Shown: in pieces, positions 1-7,895 of the stretch
Layout: each line of letters starts with the position of its first letter
How positions within the stretch are numbered: the first letter of the stretch is position 1
NCBI GenBank assembly: GCA_017476005.1
Contig: JAFVEM010000046.1
Coordinates: 16,000-79,999, forward strand
Length of the DNA: 64,000 bases
Direction: 5' to 3'
Source: Selenomonadaceae bacterium
GTDB taxonomy: Bacteria > Bacillota > Negativicutes > Selenomonadales > Selenomonadaceae
Translations under genes and position numbers: made by a program
The notes under the pieces: model-generated
The model's input: only the letters and a program-made list of their open reading frames with translations
Told to the model about the DNA's origin: nothing
Databases searched by the model: none

Positions 1-650
1 ATGTTGACATCATGTTCATAGACGTCACTTCTCAAATCATGACTGAGATTGTTCAGCGGACGTTGATTCTGGTAATAAGTCATATCGCCGTTTTTATCTA
101 AATGTTGGCTACTATAGCCGGTCTCGTGTTTATCTTTCGGCAAAAACCGCTCACGGGCAAAGCCAAGTAAATCCCAAGAATACATACTGTAAACAAAACG
201 TATTTTTTTCCAAAGGTCTAACTCCTGAAAATATTCCGGTTTATACCCTAAAATATAGGCGGTATATTCATTGCCAAAACTGCCATCCTTATAGAAAACC
301 GGCTCCAGTGGCAACAAAACAATATCTCCAGCTTTTATGTTGTCGCGGTATATTTTAAATTCTTGTCGTCCTAATGTGCCGTGGGTACCCATATTAACTA
401 CCGGTATATTGAGTGTCCGTTCCATCCGGGCGGCATCGATGCCAAACAGGGCGCTGGAAGCGGTAATTATGTTTAGTTTCGGGCGATTTACGGTGCCTGC
501 ATAGTGCTTCTTTATCTCTACCCATTCCGCCAAATAGCGCTCTCGTTCATTAGGTACGCCCCATGCTGTTGCAAATAGCAACGGATGCACGATGACAAAT
601 ACAGCCAGACAACTTAATAGGCAAGTCGCTAAAAATGATTTCTGCGTCAC
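1..650 (-). CDS. DltD-like / SGNH-type membrane-anchored accessory protein (first ~216 codons; 3' end lies beyond the window start)
   Basis: Absent from the ORF track because its stop is outside the window. My reverse-strand translation from GTG (650-648) reads VTQKSFLATCLLSCLAVFVIVHPLLF (TM anchor) ...PKLNIITASSALFGIDAARMERTLNIPVVNMGTHG... and stays open to position 1. It starts 12 nt after the MBOAT stop. Its position and the Ser-containing block resemble DltD/AlgJ-type partners of MBOATs. Confidence 0.45.
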   Translation of the reverse strand, partial: MTQKSFLATCLLSCLAVFVIVHPLLFATAWGVPNERERYLAEWVEIKKHYAGTVNRPKLNIITASSALFGIDAARMERTLNIPVVNMGTHGTLGRQEFKIYRDNIKAGDIVLLPLEPVFYKDGSFGNEYTAYILGYKPEYFQELDLWKKIRFVYSMYSWDLLGFARERFLPKDKHETGYSSQHLDKNGDMTYYQNQRPLNNLSHDLRSDVYEHDVN

Positions 651-662
651 ATTGCCAGCTCC

Positions 663-2126
663 TCAAAATTGAAAATAAATGAACTCGGTATCCTTATCTC
701 TTATGAGCATTATTATTATCGCTAAAATGATGCCAACAGCCCAAGCAATCTTTCGATTTAAGGCTAGTTTTTTTATAATCTCGTTTGAGCTGGGAACAAA
801 TGCTACCAGTAAAATAGCCGACATAAAAGCCAGTTTGGGAAAGTCACTATAAATATGTGGATTTGATTCGAGAGAGAATGCAAGATGGTTATTCAGGAAG
901 TCGGCCACCTTGGGATGCCACAAGAAACCGTTTGCTCCCGTCATGGCCGTGAGCATATTTAGGGCATCACCGATACTTTTCGCCCGGAAAAACACATCGC
1001 CGATTAAAACAGTTAATAGGGTTAAAGCATAGCCCAGCGGACGCCACATCCAAAAATGAAATTTTTTCCAAACGTGATTTACCACCAGTCCCATCCCGTG
1101 TATAGCGCCGAATACCACAAATGTCCACCCTGCTCCGTGCCAAATTCCGGCGATGAACATAGCACTAAAAGTGGCTAACATTGCTTTGGGAAAGGTGATT
1201 TTTTTGCAGTTCATTACCATGGGGGTATAGAGGTAATTGGTGATAGTGGTGGTTAGCGACATGTGGAACCGACTCCAGAAATCAATGATGCCGTAAGCGC
1301 GGTAAGGAGAATTGAAATTTATCGGAATCTTGATATTCATCATACGCGCCAGCCCCACGGCCATATCGCTGTAACCTGAGAAGTCAAAGAAGAGTTGCGT
1401 CATATAACAGAGCGCAGTTAGCCAAGCGTCAAAAAAGGTAAGCGTGCTGGTATCGTTGTCATAACCTATGCCAACATATTTTACAAAACTATCGGCGATA
1501 ATAACTTTTTTGGCCAAGCCAATAACGAAAAGCACGAACCCTCGCGCCATATTTTCCCAATCAACCCACCGGAGTTTTTCATCGGCAAACTGTTTCATCA
1601 TGGACTTGTGATAGAGTATGGGGCCGGCCAAAAGATGGGGGAAGAAGGAAACAAATAGGGCGTAATCAATAAGGTTGCGCTCCTTGGCCACTTCCTCGTA
1701 GCAATCCACCAAGAAAACCATTTGGGTAATGGTGAAAAAGCTGATGCCCAATGGCAAGATGATGTGGAGCAGGGGCAAATTCGCCCCCAGCAAATCCAAA
1801 TTCTCAATGAAAAAATCCGTGTACTTGTAGAAGCCTAACAGTCCGGCATTAAACACAATCCCCAGCCAAAAGGCTTTTTGGGCGGCGCCTTTCATTTTGG
1901 CCTTGCGATAACGCAGTATGTAGCCGCTGATGAGGTAATTCAGGCCGATACTCGCAAGGAGCAAAGGGAGATATTTCACGTTCCAATAGGAATAGAAGAA
2001 AAGACTGGCCAGCACCAGCCAAACATTGGCCAGTCGGCTTTTTCCTTTCATACCGCCGAAGAAAAAATATCCCCCCAGAACGATGGGCAAGAAGAGAAAC
2101 AAAAACTCATAGGAATTAAAAAGCAC
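663..2126 (-). CDS. MBOAT-family membrane-bound O-acyltransferase (DltB/AlgI-like)
   Basis: 487-aa polytopic ORF. The N-terminus MLFNSYEFLFLFLPIV and the IWHGAGW histidine block are typical of DltB/AlgI. A 3-nt gap separates it from the upstream carrier-protein gene. Confidence 0.9.
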   Translation of the reverse strand: MLFNSYEFLFLFLPIVLGGYFFFGGMKGKSRLANVWLVLASLFFYSYWNVKYLPLLLASIGLNYLISGYILRYRKAKMKGAAQKAFWLGIVFNAGLLGFYKYTDFFIENLDLLGANLPLLHIILPLGISFFTITQMVFLVDCYEEVAKERNLIDYALFVSFFPHLLAGPILYHKSMMKQFADEKLRWVDWENMARGFVLFVIGLAKKVIIADSFVKYVGIGYDNDTSTLTFFDAWLTALCYMTQLFFDFSGYSDMAVGLARMMNIKIPINFNSPYRAYGIIDFWSRFHMSLTTTITNYLYTPMVMNCKKITFPKAMLATFSAMFIAGIWHGAGWTFVVFGAIHGMGLVVNHVWKKFHFWMWRPLGYALTLLTVLIGDVFFRAKSIGDALNMLTAMTGANGFLWHPKVADFLNNHLAFSLESNPHIYSDFPKLAFMSAILLVAFVPSSNEIIKKLALNRKIAWAVGIILAIIIMLIRDKDTEFIYFQF

Positions 2127-2129
2127 GAA

Positions 2130-2408
2130 TCAGTCCTCCTCCAATTTCTCCGCGATGAGGTCAATCATCTCCCCCACGTTCTTCAGTTCTTGGAGCTCGC
2201 CGAAGGCAAACTTAATGTCGAAATGCTTTTCGATGGCCACCACCAAGCGAATATGAGAGAGGGAATCCCAGTCCTCGATTTCCTCGGCGTTGGTCGCGTT
2301 CGTCACCACAATGCTTTCGTCGTCGAAAATATCGTGGAAAATGGGTTGCAGGTCGGCGAGAATGTTGTCTTTGGTCATGTGAAACAACTCCTTAAAATTT
2401 GTTGACAT
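2130..2408 (-). CDS. small acyl/peptidyl carrier protein (DltC-like)
   Basis: 92 aa, acidic, with the DWDSLSHIRLV phosphopantetheinyl-serine motif. Sits immediately upstream of the MBOAT gene. Confidence 0.85.
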   Translation of the reverse strand: MSTNFKELFHMTKDNILADLQPIFHDIFDDESIVVTNATNAEEIEDWDSLSHIRLVVAIEKHFDIKFAFGELQELKNVGEMIDLIAEKLEED

Positions 2409-2452
2409 ATGGTCTTATGTGAGATATACTTGACGCAACTTACTATTTGCTA

Positions 2453-2469
2453 AATTGCACTGTGCAAAT
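2453..2469. promoter_or_regulatory. inverted repeat AATTGCAC-T-GTGCAAAT in the divergent carrier-protein/antitoxin intergenic region (candidate antitoxin operator)
   Basis: Read directly from the sequence: 7 of 8 positions are complementary across one central base, about 35 nt upstream of the antitoxin start codon. Confidence 0.3.
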
Positions 2470-2501
2470 ATGTATGTATTTGATTTAGGGGTGATGACAG
2501 A

Positions 2502-2777
2502 ATGAACTTTTATCCCGTTGACGAATGGGCAACCATGTCAGAGGATGTCATGTCGGATTTAAGCGATGGCCAAGAGGTAATTCTCACCGAAAAAGGCCGC
2601 CCCAAGGTGCTGATGCTCAGTATTCCCCAAGGTGGGTTTGATGAAACCGTGCGAGCAGTGCGCTCAGCCAAGGCCATGTTGGCGCTGGAGAGTATGCGTC
2701 GCAGAGCCGCCAAAGACGGCTTTATGTCCGATGAGGAGATAAACACTCTCATAGACGAGGCAAGGGCGGCAGTATGA
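2502..2777 (+). CDS. type II antitoxin (small protein partnered with the PIN toxin)
   Basis: 91 aa. Its stop overlaps the PIN gene start as ATGA. The size and genetic arrangement are typical of type II toxin-antitoxin pairs; the family assignment is uncertain. Confidence 0.55.
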   Translation: MNFYPVDEWATMSEDVMSDLSDGQEVILTEKGRPKVLMLSIPQGGFDETVRAVRSAKAMLALESMRRRAAKDGFMSDEEINTLIDEARAAV

Positions 2778-3166
2778 ATGTGGTCTTGGATACGAATATT
2801 TTGGTGTCGGCTGCGCTTTCACCGGGACGCAATGCCAGCAATATTCTTGCTGGCGTTGTCCAAGGGAGGTTCACCGCCTGTTATGATTCGCGTATACTGG
2901 AAGAGTATGAACGTGTGTTGCACTATCCCAAGTTCAAACTTACTTCATGGGAAATTTATTATGTTCTATCTCCTGTTATGGAGGGTGGCATGCGTATTAT
3001 GGCGCGTCCGCTACCTGATGTTTCCTTTGACAGAGACGAAACCGACCGCAAATTCTACGAAGTGGCTAGGACGTGCCACGGCATTTTGATAACGGGCAAC
3101 CTCGCCCATTACCCTAGCGAACCATTCATCATGTCGCCCGGCGATTTTTACCGTCGTTATTTGTGA
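2774..3166 (+). CDS. PIN-domain toxin (TIGR00305-like putative TA toxin)
   Basis: 130 aa. The N-terminus NVVLDTNILVSAALSPGRNASNIL carries the first PIN acidic residue, and RILEEYERVLHYPKF is typical of this PIN subfamily. 4-nt overlap with the antitoxin gene. Confidence 0.8.
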   Translation: MNVVLDTNILVSAALSPGRNASNILAGVVQGRFTACYDSRILEEYERVLHYPKFKLTSWEIYYVLSPVMEGGMRIMARPLPDVSFDRDETDRKFYEVARTCHGILITGNLAHYPSEPFIMSPGDFYRRYL

Positions 3167-3192
3167 GTCCCCATCTGGGGGCTTTTTCTTTT
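3167..3192 (+). terminator. short hairpin plus T-run after the PIN gene
   Basis: GTCCCC-atct-GGGGGC followed by TTTTTCTTTT. It lies between the convergent PIN and VOC stops. Confidence 0.4.
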
Positions 3193-3195
3193 CCC

Positions 3196-3612
3196 TCAAA
3201 CATCTCTCTTCTCGTTACGTGGATATTGCTCAACCAGTTCTATCATGCCTATGGCCTGATGATAAAAAAAGGCTACTTGCCTGTTGTCAATAGCCACAGC
3301 CGGTTGAGGTGGCTGAATCATTGCCCAGCCTCTTTGCTGCAGTTTATCTACGTCGGCGGCAAAATCATCGGCAAGGTAACAGAGGTGATAGGGGGCATCG
3401 CCTATCCTTTTTTGCAGGGCGCGAAAATTCTTGGCTTCCTTACGCGGCGCTACAAGCTCTACCACCGTGCCATCGTTCTCTAGAAAAACAATATCCACTT
3501 GGCGAGCGTCATCATAGCGACTGGACTTAACCACCGTGAAACCAAGCTGACGTAAGGAATCCATCGCCGAGGCTATATCGTGTACCAAATACCCTATATG
3601 ATGAATTTTCAT
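3196..3612 (-). CDS. VOC-family protein (glyoxalase / methylmalonyl-CoA-epimerase-like fold)
   Basis: 138 aa. MKIHHIGYLVHDI...VVELVAP...YHLCYL...MIELVE gives the paired beta-alpha-beta-beta-beta metal-ligand pattern. It starts 16 nt downstream of the FkbH-like gene with an AAGGAGG SD. Confidence 0.8.
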   Translation of the reverse strand: MKIHHIGYLVHDIASAMDSLRQLGFTVVKSSRYDDARQVDIVFLENDGTVVELVAPRKEAKNFRALQKRIGDAPYHLCYLADDFAADVDKLQQRGWAMIQPPQPAVAIDNRQVAFFYHQAIGMIELVEQYPRNEKRDV

Positions 3613-3628
3613 AAAATCGCCTCCTTTT

Positions 3629-5479
3629 TTATTTTGCCCCCGACACCGCGATATACCTGCCGCGCCTCTCGTAGTCTGCCAGCGGTAGTTCCCAAGTGGC
3701 TCCCCCTTCTGCTTCGCTTAGTTTTGTGAACCCAAACTCGCCGTAGAGATTCGCTACCATTGGGTTTTTCTTGGTGGGATAATAATAGCCCACGAGTTTA
3801 TGGCAACCGCGCTCCATAGCCGCGGCGGCCAAAGCGTCCAACATGGCCTGCTCCATGCCTCGCTTTAAGACGCGACAACTCATCAGCCACAAAATTATGT
3901 GTACCTCATCGCCTTTAATTTCGCCGATAACCACGGACACTAAGCCGTTGTCGCCGAATTTATCCGTTAAGCGACCGTAGAGAGTGAGGTAACGCGAATC
4001 GGCGGCCATGTTCTCAATGTCGGCGCGAGTGTAGCGACGGGTGGTGAGGTTGAATTGGTTGCTTTTATTGGTAAGCTGGGCGATGCGGTCGAAGTAGATG
4101 GGACGAAAGGCGTCGATTTCCGCTTGCATCGCTAAAGATTTCAGAAAATCGTCATAGCTACCCATGGCGGAGGCCATTTTTTGCCGGGCGGCGTTGGCGC
4201 GATAAGTGTCGGCGCGTTTTTGGTCGTCGGCGGAAATGCTTACCGGCTCGAAATATCCGGCTCCTTCGATGGCGCGAATATAGGAGAAAACGTCGGTGGG
4301 ATTAACCTCCGGCACCGCTACCTCCGGCATGGTGTCCCGGATAAGCTGTCTTTCCGCCGGGTTGTCGTCGATGAACACCAAGCTGTCTGTGCCGATATTC
4401 AGCTCGGCGGCAATGGCGGCAAGGCTCAAATTTTTCGGCTCCCAGTTAGCGTGGAAAGTGGCGAAATCAGCTAGGTCGAGTACGCTGTCAGGGTGAGAGA
4501 AACCGCCTCTCGCCACTGCTTCATCATTCTTGGAGGCCACGGCGAGAATGACGCCCCGTTTTTTTAGGGCGAGAACGTATTCTTGAAAGGCGGTGTAGGC
4601 TTCGGCGGTGGGCGTTTCCCGGCCGATTTTGATACCTTCCATGCCGTCGTCGCCGATAACGCCGCCCCAGAGGGTGTTGTCTAAGTCCAACACCAAGCAT
4701 TTTTTGTTCTTACCCAAAATCCCCCTGATGATTTTGGCGAGGCTCAAGGCCACCTCTGGCATCACGTCGTAATTCATGGGGAATTTGTAGGCGTAATATT
4801 GGAAGGGATTGTGATAGCGGTCAAGGCCAATCTTGGCGGCTAGGGAATTAAGGTCGTGGAGATAAAACCCGGGGGCGGCGTAGGCGGCAAATTTTTCGTT
4901 TAAACCGGCGATAAATCGCGCTAACCCGTAAGGCTCCCTCGCTTCCAGACTGCCCAGGGGCAAAGCCGCCGGCAGGTCGAAATTGTTCTGGATAATGACG
5001 GCGTGGTAACGGGCGAAAAGTTTCTCCCACGCCTCTTGATAACGAGCGAACTCCGCCGAAAGTTTCCCCCTGACGATTTCGGGACTGTCCCCCGGCTCCG
5101 GCAAATGACTGAGGTTATGATGGCCGGTGAAGATAACGATGATTTCCGGGCGAAACTCAGCCAAAGTGGGATTCTCAAAGACAGCGTCCTCATACCATTT
5201 GTTGTATTCGGACTGATAAAAACTGGGCTTTATGCCGGAGGCCAAGAGAAAAATTTCCAAGAGGTTCTTAATATCGTCGGTGGTGGCGCCTCCCAAAATG
5301 GCGATACGCTTCTCGACGTATTCCACGCCTTCTCGTGCCAATAGTTCTCGCCGAAGGCTCTTTTGTTTTCGCAAAATTAGTTCATTGTCATAGGGATAAG
5401 TAAATATTTTGTGCAGATCCAAGAGACATTCTCCTTTTAGGATATGGCCGCCTCTCCCCCGATGGGCGAGGCTTCCCAT
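3629..5479 (-). CDS. FkbH-like protein (HAD-IIIC phosphatase domain plus C-terminal acyltransferase-like domain)
   Basis: LVLDLDNTLWGGVIGDDG is the HAD-IIIC/FkbH motif I, and WLMSCRVLKRGME with a GNAT-like tail is the FkbH C-terminal block. The ATG at 5479 has no SD. An in-frame TTG at 5422 follows AAAGGAG by 8 nt and is the more likely start. Confidence 0.85.
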   Translation of the reverse strand: MGSLAHRGRGGHILKGECLLDLHKIFTYPYDNELILRKQKSLRRELLAREGVEYVEKRIAILGGATTDDIKNLLEIFLLASGIKPSFYQSEYNKWYEDAVFENPTLAEFRPEIIVIFTGHHNLSHLPEPGDSPEIVRGKLSAEFARYQEAWEKLFARYHAVIIQNNFDLPAALPLGSLEAREPYGLARFIAGLNEKFAAYAAPGFYLHDLNSLAAKIGLDRYHNPFQYYAYKFPMNYDVMPEVALSLAKIIRGILGKNKKCLVLDLDNTLWGGVIGDDGMEGIKIGRETPTAEAYTAFQEYVLALKKRGVILAVASKNDEAVARGGFSHPDSVLDLADFATFHANWEPKNLSLAAIAAELNIGTDSLVFIDDNPAERQLIRDTMPEVAVPEVNPTDVFSYIRAIEGAGYFEPVSISADDQKRADTYRANAARQKMASAMGSYDDFLKSLAMQAEIDAFRPIYFDRIAQLTNKSNQFNLTTRRYTRADIENMAADSRYLTLYGRLTDKFGDNGLVSVVIGEIKGDEVHIILWLMSCRVLKRGMEQAMLDALAAAAMERGCHKLVGYYYPTKKNPMVANLYGEFGFTKLSEAEGGATWELPLADYERRGRYIAVSGAK

Positions 5480-5654
5480 AAAACTAAGCGGTAAAACGCT
5501 CTTTAGTATAGCACGCTCGCCCCCCCCTGCAAGACATTTATGGGCAAAAATACTGTCAAAGAAAATCGTATTTCGTATTGATTGATAGGAAATTCCGTAG
5601 TAATATAGCTAGTGGAAAATTTCCTTGCGGACAAACGTTGCACTGAGGGGTGCC

Positions 5655-6254
5655 ATGACCAAATTTTTATTTGACCTAGACGGAACCATCACTCGGCAGG
5701 AAACTCTGCCGCTGATAGCCGAGCATTTTCATGTCAGGCATAAAATTGACCGACTGACGGCGGACACAGTGGCCGGTAACGTACCTTTTGTAGAGTCCTT
5801 TATCAGGCGCGTGCAAATTCTGGGGACGTTGCCGGTAAGCGAGGTGGATGCTCTCCTAGCTAAGGTGGAACTTTACCCGTTGCTATTGGCGTTCATTCAA
5901 GCGCACCCCCGAGCGGCCTGTGTAGTGACCGGTAACCTCTTCTGCTGGATAGAGAGTTTAATGCGTCGCATAGGTTGCCCCGGTTTCGCTTCACAGGCGC
6001 AGGTGGAAAATGACCGAGTCGCAAAGCTCCTTTCCATCGTAAACAAAGAAGCGGTGGTCAGGGAAATGCAAGCGGCAGGTCACTATGTGGTCTTTGTGGG
6101 AGATGGTAATAACGATGTAGCAGCCATGCATCTGGCCAATGTGGCCATAGCCTCCGGGCTTACCCACCCTCCTGCCGACGGAGTCCTGGCGGTAGCCGAT
6201 TACTTGGCGCTAGACGAGTCAGACCTGTGCATACAGCTGAATAAGTTTTTATAG
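5655..6254 (+). CDS. HAD-IB family hydrolase (phosphoserine-phosphatase-like)
   Basis: MTKFLFDLDGTIT (DxDxT motif) and GDGNNDVAAM (motif IV). I prefer ATG 5655 after GAGGGG over the TTG at 5625 in the track. 33 nt upstream of glpA. Confidence 0.75.
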   Translation: MTKFLFDLDGTITRQETLPLIAEHFHVRHKIDRLTADTVAGNVPFVESFIRRVQILGTLPVSEVDALLAKVELYPLLLAFIQAHPRAACVVTGNLFCWIESLMRRIGCPGFASQAQVENDRVAKLLSIVNKEAVVREMQAAGHYVVFVGDGNNDVAAMHLANVAIASGLTHPPADGVLAVADYLALDESDLCIQLNKFL

Positions 6255-6287
6255 ATATTGTGAGATTTTAGGAGAGGAAGAGCAAAG

Positions 6288-7895
6288 ATGAGAAAAGCGA
6301 GGGTTGTGGTCATCGGAGGTGGAGCAACCGGCGTGGGGATTTTGCGCGATCTTTCCATGCGAGGCGTGGATGCCTTGCTGGTGGAAAAATGCGATTTGGT
6401 GAACGGCGCCAGCTCCCGTTATCACGGACTACTCCATAGCGGCGGTCGCTACGCGGTGAAAGACCAAGAGGCCGCCAAGGAATGTATCATTGAAAATCAA
6501 ATCCTGCGGAAAATCGGCAAGTCCTGCGTGGAACCTACCGGCGGTATGTTCGTTCGCCTTGACATCGATGACCCCGAATATGAAACCGCGTGGGTGAAAG
6601 GTTGCGCCGACAGCGGCATCGAGGCCAAACAGATTTCCCTTGACGAGGCTTTCGCCATGGAGCCGTTGCTCTCTCGTCATGCGGTGTCGGCTTATCTCGT
6701 GCCGGATGCGGCCATCGACGGTTTCCGGATGTCTTGGCAAAACGTGGAGTCGGCCAAACGCTACGGCGGTCGCTGTCTGACTTATCGCGAAGCCGTGGGG
6801 GTACTCACGGAAAACGGCAAAGTCACGGGCGTGACCTTACGCAACAACATCACCGGCGACGAAGAAACCGTGGAGTGTGAGATGCTGGTGAACGCCGCCG
6901 GTGGTTGGGCGGGCAAAGTCGCGAAACTGGCCGGGCTTGACGTGGGGGTGCAGCCCGACAAAGGAACCCTCCTTGCTTTTAATCAGCGGCTCACCAGTCA
7001 TGTGGTGAATCGTCTCCACAAATCTTCCGACGGGGATATTTTCGTCCCCCACGGCTCCATTACCATCCTCGGCACCTCCTCCATGAGCATACCCGACCCG
7101 GAGGACACTTCCACCTCCCGGGAAGAGGTGGAGAACCTCCTAGCCATCGGCGAAAAAACCTTTGAGCATCTGCGCGACTGCCGGATGCTGCGCTCTTTCG
7201 CCGGTTCTCGCCCCCTCTACATACCTCCCGGCGGCGAAGTCGGCCGCAGCGCTTCCCGGGGATTTGCCATCGTTGACCATAAAAACGACGGACTTGACGG
7301 CATGATGACCATTGTGGGCGGCAAGTTCACCACCTATCGCCTCATGGCGGAAAAAATTGTGGATCAAATCTGTGCCAAATTTAAGGTAACTACCCCCTGC
7401 CGTACCGCCGAAGAACCTTTGGTGCCGGAGGTGGCGCCGGAAAAGAAACAGGCGGCGCGACAATACTTCCCGGCTTACGGCACGGATTTAGCGGCGACGC
7501 GCCTCGGCCCCGAGCGTTTTGACAAAGTGGTGGAACGCCTCGAAAAAGACCCGGAATCTCGCGAACTCGTCTGCGAGTGTGAAAACGTCACTTTGGCCGA
7601 AGTGGAAGAAATGGCCGCAGAGTTTTCCAGTTTCCAAATCAACGACATTCGCCGCCGCACCCGTATAGGCATGGGTACCTGCCAAGGCAACTTCTGCGCC
7701 CTCAGGAGCGCCGGAGTTTTTGCCAAATACGGCAAGACTCCCGGCGCCAAAGATACTTTGGGACGCATGAAGGAATTTTTGCAGGGACGCTGGAAGGGGA
7801 TTCGTCCTGTTTTGGTGGGACGGACTTTGCGCGAAACGGAAATGACGCGCGCCCTCTATGAACTTTCTTTCCATGTCAACGGAGGTGAAGCATAA
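6288..7895 (+). CDS. glpA: anaerobic glycerol-3-phosphate dehydrogenase subunit A
   Basis: FAD fold VVVIGGGATGVGILRDL, SSRYHGLLHSGGRY, and a C-terminal BFD-like Cys cluster (CECENV...GMGTCQGNFC). Confidence 0.9.
   Translation: MRKARVVVIGGGATGVGILRDLSMRGVDALLVEKCDLVNGASSRYHGLLHSGGRYAVKDQEAAKECIIENQILRKIGKSCVEPTGGMFVRLDIDDPEYETAWVKGCADSGIEAKQISLDEAFAMEPLLSRHAVSAYLVPDAAIDGFRMSWQNVESAKRYGGRCLTYREAVGVLTENGKVTGVTLRNNITGDEETVECEMLVNAAGGWAGKVAKLAGLDVGVQPDKGTLLAFNQRLTSHVVNRLHKSSDGDIFVPHGSITILGTSSMSIPDPEDTSTSREEVENLLAIGEKTFEHLRDCRMLRSFAGSRPLYIPPGGEVGRSASRGFAIVDHKNDGLDGMMTIVGGKFTTYRLMAEKIVDQICAKFKVTTPCRTAEEPLVPEVAPEKKQAARQYFPAYGTDLAATRLGPERFDKVVERLEKDPESRELVCECENVTLAEVEEMAAEFSSFQINDIRRRTRIGMGTCQGNFCALRSAGVFAKYGKTPGAKDTLGRMKEFLQGRWKGIRPVLVGRTLRETEMTRALYELSFHVNGGEA

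Noticed and set aside
1878-2405. 175-aa plus-strand ORF spanning the MBOAT/carrier-protein junction
   Set aside because: It is antisense to two well-supported genes and crosses their boundary, with no motif content.
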